This document shows, one piece after another, positions 38,201-51,007 of a stretch of 64,000 bases of DNA. The position numbers and the translations under genes are program-made. Source of the DNA: Parasitella parasitica NRRL 2501 (taxonomy: Eukaryota; Fungi; Mucoromycota); contig MU619387.1 of assembly GCA_025201805.1 (NCBI GenBank), forward strand, positions 9,892 to 73,891, given 5' to 3'. The notes beneath the pieces were generated by a model. That model made no database searches, had not been told where the DNA came from, and saw only the letters and a list, made by a program, of their open reading frames with translations. Numbering within the stretch: position 1 is the stretch's first letter; each line of letters begins with the position of its first letter.

Positions 38201-39628
38201 AAGACGGAAACTGCCATCAATATTGGCTTCTCTTGTAATTTAATCACACTGGACATGGAGCTGGTTATCGTAAAGGCTGACGATCGAGAAGAAACTGTTG
38301 AGGAATTGCAAAAGGCGATCAAGCACACAGACTCTTTAATGGGCGAGAAAAGATGCGCGCTTGTTATTGATGGCAATACGCTCAAATATGCATTGGAGCC
38401 CAGCACCAAAGACTTGATACTGGACCTTGGTATGCGCTGTGCAAGTGTCATTTGCTGCCGTGTGAGCCCCAAGCAAAAAGCCCAGGTTGTGAATCTAGTG
38501 AAAAAGAGCCTGGAGGTCATGACGTTGGCGATCGGTGATGGCGCCAACGATGTCTCCATGATTCAAGAAGCAAACGTTGGTGTTGGTATTTCGGGTGTAG
38601 AAGGTAGACAAGCTGTGATGGCGTCTGATTACGCTATTTCTCAGTTCCGTTTCTTGGAAAAGTTACTGCTCGTTCATGGTCGCTGGTCCTACTTGAGAAC
38701 AGCAGAAATGATTATGGGCTTTTTTTCCAAGAATATCGTTTGGACGTTTGTCTTGTTCTGGTACCAGATCTTTTGTCAGTAAGTGCAAATCATGTCGTTT
38801 TATAGTGCGTGCCGCTATTGACGTTAATCTTTGCTGCATAGGTTCAATGGTTCCATGATGTTTGAGTACGCGCTTGTTGCTCTTTACAACCTCATCTTTA
38901 CCTCGCTGCCTATTATTTTCTTGGGCATCTGGGACCAGGATGTAAATGCCAAGGTATCCGACCTGTATCCTGAGATGTACAGGATGGGCCTCCGTAACGA
39001 CAAATTCAAGCCTTGGCGCTTCTACATGATTGTGTTCGAAGCTATCTTTCAGTCATCTGTTTGCTTCTTTTTCCCATATATGCTCTTGCTAGGCGGTCCC
39101 CTGGAAGCTACCGGAAGAGACCAAAATGGCATGTACGAACTGGGTACCATTGTATCAAGTATTGCTGTGATAGTGGCCAATTTTTTTGTGTTGACTTCCC
39201 TGTACAGCTTCACATGGATTCAAGTATTCATCGTTTGTATATCCATCTTGGTGTACTATGCTTTTGTCTGCGTCTATGCTCAGTTCAATACGTTCATTTT
39301 CGCTGGCCACTCTGTTTTGTTTGGCACAGGTGGATACTGGATGGTCCTTATTCTGACAATAGTAGCGTGCTTCCTGCCTCGGATGTCTGCACTGCATTTC
39401 TTGCATCAATATTACCCTTATGACAACGATATCGTGCGTGAACAGGAGCTTGTTCTACATAACGGTCGTTCCAGCTTTAAGCAGCCGCCTGCTGCTGGGA
39501 GTAGCGTCGAGACTAAATTTCCAACAGAAGATGAAATGGGCAGCAGCAATGACAAACCTGATCGACATAACGATAATGACCAAATGGACTACTCTCCTCT
39601 GAAAACTTTACCCAACTCTGTAGCATAA
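35220..39628 (+). CDS. P4-type ATPase phospholipid flippase, Dnf1/Dnf2-like, 4 exons
   Basis: SNRIRTAKYTPLSF, NLDGETNLK, YQNIVPISLY, SDKTGTLT, SPDEAALV, TGDKTETA, GDGANDV, LLVHGRWSY. Confidence 0.96.
37081..37100. repeat. (GT)n microsatellite in a flippase intron
   Basis: Directly visible. Confidence 0.9.
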
Positions 39629-40719
39629 CATTTAATAATTAATAACATTTAAACAAAACTATCTCCTTCTCTAAATTTATTAGAATAGCACTTTAATTTA
39701 TATATCGCATTTTATACATAATTAAATAATATACTTGTTCATTATAAAGGTTAACTGTTCAACACAGAATGTTCAACGTTATAGTGTTCGACAGCTGCTA
39801 CTAGTAGATGTCGATCAATATTATTGTCATACTCGATCTTAAGACGGACGCACTTGTTTATCAAATCAATAAAACCATGAATAGTGCCATTGCACTCATA
39901 AGCATCCATCCTACGACATTGTCTAGCACAAACCTCTTCACTTACTTTTCATCTTTCGATGCGACTGACTCGAGTACAATAGGCAGAGAATTTAGCCTTG
40001 CTTTTGTAACTCTGGTGTTCTTGTGTCTTTCAGATAAATGCTCAATTCAACTAAAAACACATGCCGAAAAGGCAGCCTATCTATCACTCCCTCATTTCCT
40101 TATTTTTTTCTCTTTCTTTTTTTTTTTTTGTAATTGAGAGTGTTTGTAATTGAAATTATCGCCATCATGGGTGAGATATATATATAGAATGTCTTATCAT
40201 CTGAGCCATGGTTGATATATGCAAACTACCATATATGTAGTTACATTGTCGACTTTAAAGGGCTATGACGAGTTTAATGACAATGCGAAAAGAGGAAAAT
40301 TTGTTAATGATATCGGTTTTTATGAATTTTTGCCGCTTTCACTGTATTGTCCATTTGAAGCTGCTTGCCACAGCATTGGTGTGCTTGCATAGGTACTCGT
40401 AAAAAATAGTCCAAGAAGCAGCGTTGGGGTAGGGGAGGGTTTGCTGCCATACAATGAACCCACAATTGAAGCGTGGGTCATAATGTTGCCTTACCTCAGG
40501 CTGCTCGATTGCAATATATGATGTTTGTCTGCTACTGCTGTTAGCAAATGAGAGAGCATTAATGGCTGTTGATGGGGGGGGGGGAAACACTGGGTTTCAA
40601 CAAGATCAGAAGGACAAACCAATGCAGTGTCTTTTTGATCATGTTTCTTCTTTTTTTTCTCCTTTTCTTTTCTTTTACTTTTCTTGATATAATCTGGTAA
40701 TTGAACATTCTCTTAGGAC

Positions 40720-43396
40720 ATGTCGTATAGTTCCATAGGCGAAGGATCGTCTTCAACAAATCACCAGCTAAATACTCACAAAGGCAAAGAGAAATATTCA
40801 CCAACAACTCAACAGGAAACACAATCTTTGGACACCAGTCAAGCGCAAAGGCCGCTACTTGGATCTCCTTCAGCGCAGTATGGTGCCATAGGCTCTTCAT
40901 CCTCCTCCCAGCAATTTCTTCAGCAGGGCCAACAATCAAACAACCAAACACCAACGCCCTCTATTCGCAGCCGTTCTCAAAAAACATGTACATATATCGC
41001 AATAACCATCACCACCTGCAGCGCCATTATTCTGTTCTGTCTACTATGGTTTGCTCCCACATTTGCCCAACGTTCCGTTAAAGACGGCGTTGCATTTAGT
41101 TTTCAAAAAGCATCGATCCTCAACGTCACAGACGACAACATCATTACTATGCATGTTGTCGGCAAGATTGAGCTGCAGCCTACGCTATTCAACCTACAAA
41201 ACAAGTTCAACAACATGTTTGGCACAATCGGCATTCAAGAAACTGAACTACAAGTGCATTACGAATCCAACGAAACCTCGGTGCTGTCATCCATGTCTAT
41301 GGGCACTATCGACCTGCCAGCGTTGGATCTGAATAGCCTTTCCTCAGTCACCACGTTCGACTTTGTTACTCGGTTCTTGATTGATGATACAGACGCATTG
41401 ATGAATTTTTGCAAAGATGCTGTGGTGGCAAAGACAATCATGTGGCGTGTTGCTGGCCCGCTATCTGTTACGTTGGGCTGGCTGCCTTGGAAGTCGAATG
41501 TAAACCTGGATAAAACTGTCGAATTGGAAGGCATGGATGGCTTGAAAAGAAATGATTTGCAATCGTTGGTCTTTCCTGGCCCACACCCTTTGGGCGGTGT
41601 ATCCGTATCGGGGACAGTTGGGATCTATAATCCGTCGAGCGTACTGAGCTTGACATTGGGTGATATGGATTTTGGCATATTTTTACCGGCAGCATCACCA
41701 AATGAAAAGGACGTGCAAATGGCTGTTGTGCAATCTATCGACGCTGATCTTCAGGGAAATTGCATGAATTATTTCAACGTTACAGGTCGCACGCTGCCTA
41801 TACCGCAAGACAAAAGGTCACAGGCTTTGATGGAATCATTTTTGACAGGCTACCTTCATGGCAAACCTACCCGTGTCCATGTCAAAGGCAGCTCGTTTGG
41901 ACCCGATGACCAGCCGCAAAAAAAACATGTAAGCACTACACCACGCTGGCTCCGTAAAGCATTGGAATCTGTTGTATTGAGCGTTCCATTTCCCGGTGCC
42001 ACCGAGACAGATCTGATTCAATCACTGGAATTGTCGCACATCAAAATCGACTTTTCAAGCACAGGAAACCCATTGATTTCAGGGGATGCCATTGCATTGC
42101 TCAAAAAGCCACAGGAGATGCAATTTCACATGGACGTGACAGAAATAGATCCCAGTGTATTCTTGTACCTGAACCCGGATTCCACTAAACCTTTTGCGCA
42201 TGTCAAACCGAGCCGACCCTGCCCCGCCACCACAGAAGAAGGGGATGGCATCGATTTGCCATTAGGTACAATGCGAGTAAAATCGAGATTATACCGTGCT
42301 CCATTCAAAGTATTGCCAGATGGACAAAAAGATTTTGAAGAGTTTTTAAATCGAGTGTTCAACGAAAAGAAGGGAACAGTGTATATCCATGGCACCTCGG
42401 ATGCCAAAGTAAATAGCCCTTTTGGACATTTGAACATTCGTGATCTCGAGTTCAATGGTGAGATTGAAACACAAGGCTTGCAAGGCATGCACCACCCACC
42501 GCCTCAAGTAACTGAAATGACAATCGTCAAGGGCTATCCAGATGCTTTACATGCTAGAACAGTGATAAGTATCTTCAGTCCTGCTGATGTGCACATTAAT
42601 TTGGGAGGATTGAACATGATGCTACTCTTCAACGGCCATGTGATTGGTAACACAACTATAACAGAACTGTCCCTGGAACCAGGCGTGTTTAACGAACTAA
42701 CCGTATCTGCTTGGCTATTTGGTGGTAATAAGCATGTCATTGATTTCATAGGTCAATTCATTTCAAATGGTATATTAAACATGATCATTTCTGTGCACGA
42801 GGCTCATCCAACCAAGCTAATGTTTTTATGCATATGATTTCATAGGTATTGCCACGACTAGCAATGTTACTCTCACTATTTCAGGGAATCACCCTAACCC
42901 TTCCAAGTCGAAATTCCTACAAAAATTTTTACGAAATCTATCATTCGATGTCCAAGCGCCGCCATTCGACAAAGAACCACTACTAGCAGATTGTCAAGTG
43001 AACATTCTGTCGTCCACGGTGATTATGAGTCTCAGAAATCCATTCCCTGACATCGAAATGGCCATCAATAAGATCAATGCATCTGCGACGTATGAAATCT
43101 ACGAAATCGGCAGAATGGTGGCCGATTTCGAAGATACAGCAGAGGGATGGAAAGGCCCTCTCTTGCTGCCACCGCCCAATTGCGATATAGATAGCTGCGA
43201 AGGGATAGTCGTGAGATCAGAAAAGATACCCGTCATAACCAAAGAATTGGGTTATGAAGCCATTAAGAAAGCATTAGGCGGTTCAATTGAAGTGTCAGTC
43301 GACAGCCAAGTTGCTGTCATGATCGATCAGTTTGAATTGAGAGATTTAGCGTATCGACAAAATAACATTACTGCCAAAGTAAGAAAAGGATTCTGA
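40720..43396 (+). CDS. Tag1/DUF3712-like single-pass membrane protein with repeated beta-sandwich modules; intron about 42770-42845
   Basis: N-terminal acidic-dileucine-like QRPLL, TM helix, repeated motifs YNPSSVLSLTLGD, FSPADVHINLG, LRNPF. Confidence 0.75.
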
Positions 43397-44564
43397 AAAT
43401 GTATTACACACGTGTAACTTTGTTTGTTCAAAAAAAAAAAAACAATAAAAACTTCATTGTTGGGTACCACTATGCAGTATCTCACTTCGAACACTATCTA
43501 CATATGCATATGTTTTGGCACAAAACCCAAATTTCGCTTGCAATATTAGCTTTCTATTCTTGTTGGAAAAAGGGAGAGGGGGGGGGGAGGGAGGTTTCTA
43601 CGTTTCTAAATTGGCAAGTTCAGAAAAACATCAAGTATAGGCTTCCAAGCAGCACTAAACTGTGAAAAACTCAAGATATTCCTTGACGTGGGATCAATCT
43701 TGGTGCAAAGGCGCAAGATAACACTCTTCATTATTTAGCAGTTTGATCATTTTAGTTTTTCGAGACTATGATTGCTTCTGTTCATTTTCAAAGATATCCT
43801 CCTTGGTAAAAGCATAATTCAAACCACTCGATATCTGAAGATTCATCCACTACCTATAACACATACCAGTATTGATAGGCCTGATCCATAGGGCAACGAC
43901 TCTTTGTTTTGATTGTGCTGCGATTTTCTTCAAATCGTGTTTATCTTTTACCTTGATCTAGTCCTGGAAATGCCTCTCCGGCACATTTGCAATAATCCAA
44001 AATCAGGTTATCACCATTGCAAGATGAAGAATAAATCGATATTAACTCATATCCAAAGAGTTTGACGAAGCGCACAGACAATTACATGTGCATTCATCCT
44101 AGCAGATCATTTCTCATCTGACCACTCAACCAATCATTTTGTCTGTATATGGATTGCTCCAGAGGGAACATCTACAACGCACCTTCTAGCTGTGTGGTAA
44201 TAGAGGTTGTGAGTACATTTAAGGATTGATAATGAGCCCTTGTACTTTTGGATCTTTATACTTGTTTATTCAAAGACGTCATTTACAAAGTTCACCAAAC
44301 AAAGTGCAATTCAACTTACCTAAAAAGCGATATTTGGCACCCGAGGCACACCAAAAGGTAATAGACTAAATAAGTAAAAAAATAACCACACAACCAATAA
44401 TGTGCACCATCTTAAATGAACCTCCCCCAGGCCCCTTTTCATGATCCCCCCCCCCCCTCACTCCTTTCAACTAAAAATTCAATGTTACATTTGTAGCGTT
44501 TTTTCTTTCAGCTTTTCTTTATTGTTGTTATTCATTTCTTTCTTTCCTTTATCTCTTTTGAAAA

Positions 44565-45599
44565 ATGCAATCAAAATCAATCAATTTGATCATTTTGCTT
44601 GTAGCTCTATTGCTGGTGCAAGACATTAGAGCTCAGTTCCTATGCAATGTATTCGACACATGTACATCGTCGACGGGCGAACCTGGAGCATCTTCAACAA
44701 ATCTACCCTCAGCATCGTCAAACGCTTCGACACCTTCTACTTCTAGTTCAGCCCCTCCTATACTATCAAGCTCCTCTGCTGTGCCCTCTTCATCCTCATC
44801 AATACTACCATCTTCATCGGCTGCACTTCCAGTATCATCGTCATCATCATCTTCTCCAACCCCATCGTCCGTAACATCATCCAAGACTTCGAAAACTTCT
44901 TCTACCAGCAGCGGATCAAAGTCTTCTACTCTGCCTTCTGAATCCCCCACTACTACTCCCTCTGATGAAGGAGATTTACCTCCTCCTGGTAATAATAATA
45001 TAGGTGCCATTGTTGGATCTGTCTGTGGTTTTGTAGCTATCATTGGTGCAGGATTTGCTTATGCGTTCTTTTCCAAGACGAGAAGAAACAAACGCCGTAA
45101 TAAGAGACTTGACAGCGAGAACGGTGATCTCTATAACAACTCTTACCACCCTGATCCATATAATAACACTCGTCCTTCCCCTGCCTTGGCTGCTTCTGCT
45201 GTTGCTGCAGCTGATGGTATCCATAGCAACAATAACCATGGACAATGGGATATGGCAGAGCAACAGTACAATTATAACAGCACCACAATGCCTATGGCTG
45301 CAGTTACTACACAGGATTCTTATTACAGTTCTCCACAAATGGGGTATGCAGCTGAATCTGGCAACTATTATCATGGTCAAGAATACTACAACACAGGATA
45401 TCAGCAACAGCAGCATTATGATCCTCAATATGATGCATATGCAGTTCAGCAACAATCGCCTGTAATGAATGCCAACATGGCTCCTCTTCCTAATCTGCCT
45501 CAACAGAACGTTTCCTCAACACCCATTGCTACTACTAATTCGAATGTGTATCAAACGCCCCATAGCTATCCAGAAGAGTCAACTGCAGCAAATAAATAG
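44565..45599 (+). CDS. Mid2/Wsc-like single-pass cell-surface protein
   Basis: Signal peptide, Ser/Thr-rich ectodomain, IGAIVGSVCGFVAIIGAGFAYAFF TM, basic stop-transfer, Tyr/Gln-rich tail. Confidence 0.85.
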   Translation: MQSKSINLIILLVALLLVQDIRAQFLCNVFDTCTSSTGEPGASSTNLPSASSNASTPSTSSSAPPILSSSSAVPSSSSSILPSSSAALPVSSSSSSSPTPSSVTSSKTSKTSSTSSGSKSSTLPSESPTTTPSDEGDLPPPGNNNIGAIVGSVCGFVAIIGAGFAYAFFSKTRRNKRRNKRLDSENGDLYNNSYHPDPYNNTRPSPALAASAVAAADGIHSNNNHGQWDMAEQQYNYNSTTMPMAAVTTQDSYYSSPQMGYAAESGNYYHGQEYYNTGYQQQQHYDPQYDAYAVQQQSPVMNANMAPLPNLPQQNVSSTPIATTNSNVYQTPHSYPEESTAANK

Positions 45600-46106
45600 A
45601 ATCCTTTCTTTAGTATAAACCTATATCCCTCTTTCTCCTTTGTCATAATATTTACTAACTATTTTTCTATTACTATACCGTTATTATTTTACTCGTTCAT
45701 ACGGTATTCACCCCCTCCTCCTATTTTTTTTCTTTTTTCTTATACTATTATAACTATACAGTCATTGATCTGTCTTCCCTCCTTTTCATTTCACATTAGC
45801 TTACATATATGTAAACAATGTTACAGACAATGACAAAAAGGAAAGTTACGGATATCTCCTTTTTCTATGATTTCTTTCTTCTTTCTCATCTGTCGCACAC
45901 ATTACAGTCGTATTGTACTGCGTCATTGCACAAGTTCATATATATATATGTATATTTATAAATAGAGAGAAAGAAACAATGAAATAAAAATTCACACATA
46001 ATACAAACTGATTTGGCCTGTGTATATCTGTCGACACATTCAGTTTAGAATGCAATAACATGGCGCATTTCAAAAACGACAAAAAGTTTAATTATATCAG
46101 CAGCGT

Positions 46107-46881
46107 TTACATGATCAAACATTGATCATTTTTAGACATCCTCTCAGTGAGACGGTCAAGCCATGATAGATCACCAGTACCTTGACCGAATTCTACGTAA
46201 AGACAACCAGGATTAGGGATATTCGGCTGGCAAGTGATCTGGTATTTCTTGACAAGCTCAATAATAGCTGGTTTCAATTTGGCAATCTGATTAGGGCTAT
46301 GAAGACCTTTTCCGACAATAATAATAAGATCTTGTTCACCGTTTCTTTGGCAACGCTTTATAGCCTCTTCAACCTTTTCAGAGGCTTCCTTAACAAATAG
46401 ACCATGTAGATCAATCTCATTCGATGGTCGGTTTTGGTTTTTGACAGAGAAAATATGATCTGCTGCTTTCTGATTATAGCTTTTCATCAGGTTATCGTGA
46501 TGGTGACCTAGGTTAGAAAGCTCCTTGGCTATAATGATATGTACATGTATATATTTTGTAAATGTTAATTCCTAATCACCCCTCTGACAAAATATCATTA
46601 CCTTGTGCACCATCACGGTTCTTGTATGCTATTTGACTTCTGGCATAGCAATCATTGCGCTTCTCAGCTTCTTCGTGTGCTTTAGAACGGAATTCAGAGT
46701 ATACTTCATCGTCACCATCTATATCCGCATAAATATCGCCACCACCAACTGGAAACGAATGAGGTTTGTGGTTGTTATCACTGTGATTACTGTTGCCTTG
46801 TTCATTCATTACTTGTTTATAAATGTTGATGCCTTCCTTGACAACATGCTGTGCTTTATCCATAGACTGTGCATTACCCAT
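46107..46881 (-). CDS. Smr-domain endonuclease-like protein (DUF1771 + Smr), 2 exons
   Basis: FRSKAHEEAEKRNDCYARSQIAY...AKELS, IDLHGLFVKEA, IIVGKGLHS, NPGCLYV. Confidence 0.92.
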
Positions 46882-48692
46882 TTTAAACGAAAGCTAAAGA
46901 AGCTGTGTTCAATACAACAACAACAACAAAAAAATCTTTGACCCCTCTTGAACTTTTGTGTCCCCTTGAACGGGTGTTACATTCTCGCAAAATTTTAAAC
47001 AACCTAATTCATACATCACTTGAAAGATAAGCCCTCGAGTAAGATGAAACAAGCTTCCATAACATCAAATTAATTATGTAATCCATACATGTATGCCTAA
47101 AAAGCAATTAATTACTGTACGAATTTTTTTTTTAATATCTAAATTACCCAATCCTACAATTATTGTACATTTATTGGAAAAGTCACTGTGTTTCGATGAG
47201 TAAATGCCATAATAGAACAATTCTTGTCGTAAGAGGACTCTAGTATCTGGTTGGCAGACAGGCAACAATCAAGTACACTTGTATGCTGTATGTTTTATAG
47301 GCAATCTTTTGTTGTTTGAGGAGGAAAAAAAAAAAAAAAATACACACATTTGTGCACGGTTCCAAACAAATGAGTATGATATTGTACTATAATATATTTT
47401 TATACGCCAATTGATTATATTGTGGTAATAAGCATGATGGGAGGAAGCAATAAAAATAAAAAAAAGCCTCAAGTAGCTACAAGTTTTCTTTATCAAATCG
47501 TAATTTTTGTAATTGTAATTGTCAGTAAACGTAATAATGTGACATCTGGGTATGATTGCATTTCCAGGGGGAAGAAATGATCTTGTTGCCGCCGATTCAC
47601 CGAGAGGTCTCGGTGTTGCTAAACTCGCGTGCGTAAACAAAAGCGAGTTTTCTAGATAAAAGGTATCTAAAACGCTCATCTACTGCAGTATACATAAAGT
47701 TTGATGTCTTGTTGCCTACTGATCCTCACAATTTCTGGACAAGGATCTTGAAACATAGCTTGATTGAGTTTGGCTTTGAGATTTTTACTATTATTTGAAC
47801 TTGTCCTTTATTAAGCCTACCAGCTATGGTAACAAATGGAGTGAAAATAATCAGCGATTAGACAAAACTACAGCTTTGTCAACTATCAAATTAGCTAGAC
47901 AAGAATAAAATAAAGCCACCCTCTTGGCACATACAGTATAAGATTAGATGGCCCAATAGAGCAAGGTTCCGTGGATCTTCTACGCATTGTTGGCACCACA
48001 ATATTTATGTCATGTACAGCGTTTGTAAATATTTCTTGTCAAAACTTGAAATGTTTTCGATTGTATCAGAAAAGAGCGTTGAGCATTTTTATCGGCTTTT
48101 AGCCTAGATATTTACGCTATAATTTAAAGCATCGATTTGGTTTGTGGGGGCAAGAAGAGTTTACCCGACTGAATATATAAATGCCACAGTCGATTTACTT
48201 GATTAAAACTGTTGTAGGTATTTCATGCATACATCTTGGAAACCGGCGGCAATACATTTACAGCAGAAAATGGGAGGTCTTGGACAAGGCTTGAGCAAGC
48301 TATGTACAGTAAGCTAATATACGGTACCGTTCCATAGTAGCCAGTCATCGACCTGATTTGCTCTGTCGATGATATAATAATGATGATTTGGTAGCGATAA
48401 TGTTGCTTCTAGACCCTGCGATTTGTACTAAACACCAAGTAATAAAGACTTGACATCTACTATATATATAGGCAGTACAAATCAGCGCAGGCTTTAAAAG
48501 AAAATGCTTCTTTAACCGATCAGCACATGGTGGTGGCACATTCCAACACACGATGTATGCCGTGCCATGTTGCAATAAGAATCCATTTCCTGGATTTAAA
48601 ACTACGTGCGCAAAAATCTAATTAAATTTTCTCACTTTCTTCCCCCCCCCCACCATCTTATTCTTTATAATAGTAAACCTACCAAAACCACA

Positions 48693-50829
48693 ATGGACGA
48701 GATTGTTAGCCCAGCATTAATGAGACTTCGCAACAAACCAGAGACTCCACGTATTGATTTCACTGCTTACACTCAAGAAGATGGCACAACAGTCAGCACA
48801 AGAGACCGTGTTATTAAAGGTAAATCAGCTAATTTTTTTCTTTTTTCTTTTCTTTTCCGGTATTTGCTAAATCATCTCATTTCAGATGTGCCTGCACCTG
48901 CTGTAGCATTGCCAACAGACGAAGAGTTTTGGAGCAAGGAGAGACCTGGCTTGCCCGACATCAAATTTTTAAAAGATCATTTTTATAGAGAAGGAAGGTT
49001 GTCAGAGGAGCAGGCATTGTATATTCTCGAGAAAGGCACCGAGATATTAAAATCAGAGCCCAACCTGTTGGAAGTCGGCGCCCCCATTACGGGTAACAAT
49101 ATGCTTGTCATGTCAAAGGCTTGTGATTACGTATACTGAATGGATGCATTATAGTTTGTGGAGATATCCATGGCCAATACTACGATTTAATGAAGCTGTT
49201 TGAAGTTGGGGGTGATCCTGCTAATACAACCTATCTTTTCCTCGGCGATTATGTCGACAGAGGCTATTTTTCAATCGAGGTACGTTTTTTTTTTTTTTTT
49301 TCTTGTACAGATGAAGGCAAGGTTATTCAACCAACTTGGCATTTACTAGTGTGTTTTATATTTATGGTCGCTTAAAATGTGGTATCCGAATAGCTTCTTC
49401 TTACTGCGAGGTAATCATGAGTGCAGGCACTTGACAGATTATTTCACCTTCAAAATCGAATGTACAGTATGATGTTGGCGTTGCATTGCGTATAGTTAGT
49501 GACTGATTGCAATTGTAGGCCGTCATAAATACACCGAGAGTGTATACGAAGCATGCATGAGTTCGTTCTGTTCGTTGCCATTGGCAGCCATAATGAATAG
49601 ACAGTTTTTGTGTATTCATGGCGGGCTTTCGCCTGAACTGCAGACATTGGATGACTTGAAAAAGGTAGGAAAAAACTTTGGTTTTGGTGGTGAAGAGAGT
49701 TACTCATGATGCAAAAAGATTGATCGCTTCCGTGAGCCACCTACTCATGGTCTTATGTGTGACCTCCTCTGGTCAGATCCACTCGAAGAATTTGGACAAG
49801 AAAAGACGAATGACACTTTCATTCACAATCATGTTCGAGGCTGTTCCTACTTTTTCAGCTACCATGCTGCATGTCAATTTTTGGAAAGAAACAATTTATT
49901 ATCTATTATTCGAGCTCATGAAGCACAGGATGCGGGGTATATCTGTATTCTACACATGCAGAATACAATAGTATTAACAGGACGTTTTTTTTCCCCTCAT
50001 AGTTATCGCATGTATCGAAAGAGCAAGACAACCTCGTTTCCTTCAGTGATGACCATTTTCTCCGCTCCCAACTACCTCGATGTGTACAACAACAAGGCTG
50101 CTGTGCTGAAGTACGAAAACAATGTCATGAATATCCGCCAATTCAACTGTACTCCTCACCCTTACTGGTTGCCTAATTTCATGGATGTGTTTTCTTGGAG
50201 CTTGCCTTTTGTGGGGGAGAAGAGTAAGTTTTAGGGATCCTGCATGACTGAATGACTGAATGACTGAATGACTGAATGAAACTGACATTTTGCCGTCTCC
50301 TAGTTACCGATATGTTGATCGCAGTTTTGAATGTATGCAGTAAGGAAGAATTGGCTGAAGACGACAAGCAAATGCTAGAGGATAGCAACAAGTCTAATAA
50401 TCTGGAGGAAGCAGAGCAGCGCAGAATAGTAATTCGAAACAAGATTATGGCTGTTGGTAAAATATCCCGTGTGTTCTCTGTTCTTCGTGAGAATTCAGAG
50501 CGTGTTACGGAATTGAAGTCATTATCTCCCACCGGGAAGCTGCCTTTGGGTACATTAGCATTGGGTGTCGAAGGACTGAAATCAGGTACGAGTATTCTGT
50601 CACTTGTTTATACACATCATAACAATGGGCGACTGATCTGTGTTTCAAATAAATAGCAATTACCACATTTGAAGATGCTAAACGATCCGATTTGGAAAAT
50701 GAGCGTCTGCCACCCACGCGTGAAGCCAAGGACCAGATGTTGAGAGAAGAGACCGACAGCAGAATCCGCACAGCAGTGAACGAGCAGGATGAAGAAATGG
50801 AGGAAGTCGTCCATGCCATGTTTCAATAA
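48693..50829 (+). CDS. cna: Calcineurin catalytic A subunit (PP2B), multi-exon
   Basis: [66 protein letters not shown], CaM-binding [20 protein letters not shown], autoinhibitory [16 protein letters not shown]. Confidence 0.98.
50245..50279. repeat. (TGACTGAA)n tandem repeat in a calcineurin intron
   Basis: About 4 copies directly visible. Confidence 0.85.
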
Positions 50830-51007
50830 ACTTACAATACACACATTTACAATGAAAAATCCCGAAATAAGTGATTGTTGTTGTAACACTAAACTTGTTC
50901 AAAAAGGAAACGAATAAACATTTGCCTTTAAAAATTAAAAATAAAGGAGGGCAGAATGCATAATTTTCTTTCTTTTCTTCATTTCTCTACAACAAATCTC
51001 TAAAACC

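Noticed and set aside
26818-43396. Scramblase, flippase and Tag1-like genes close together as a lipid-asymmetry cluster
   Set aside because: Interleaved with unrelated genes; chance proximity is sufficient without synteny data
43730-44220. Minus-strand exon-like fragment (VKLFGYELISIYSSSCNGDNLILDYCKCAGEAFPGLDQ followed by AG|GTAAAA)
   Set aside because: In-frame stops just upstream and no recognisable family; may be a decayed gene but cannot be supported
3837-46881. Possible RNA-silencing cluster (Dicer, G-patch, PRMT5, Smr)
   Set aside because: Spread over more than 40 kb among unrelated housekeeping genes; no sign of functional clustering
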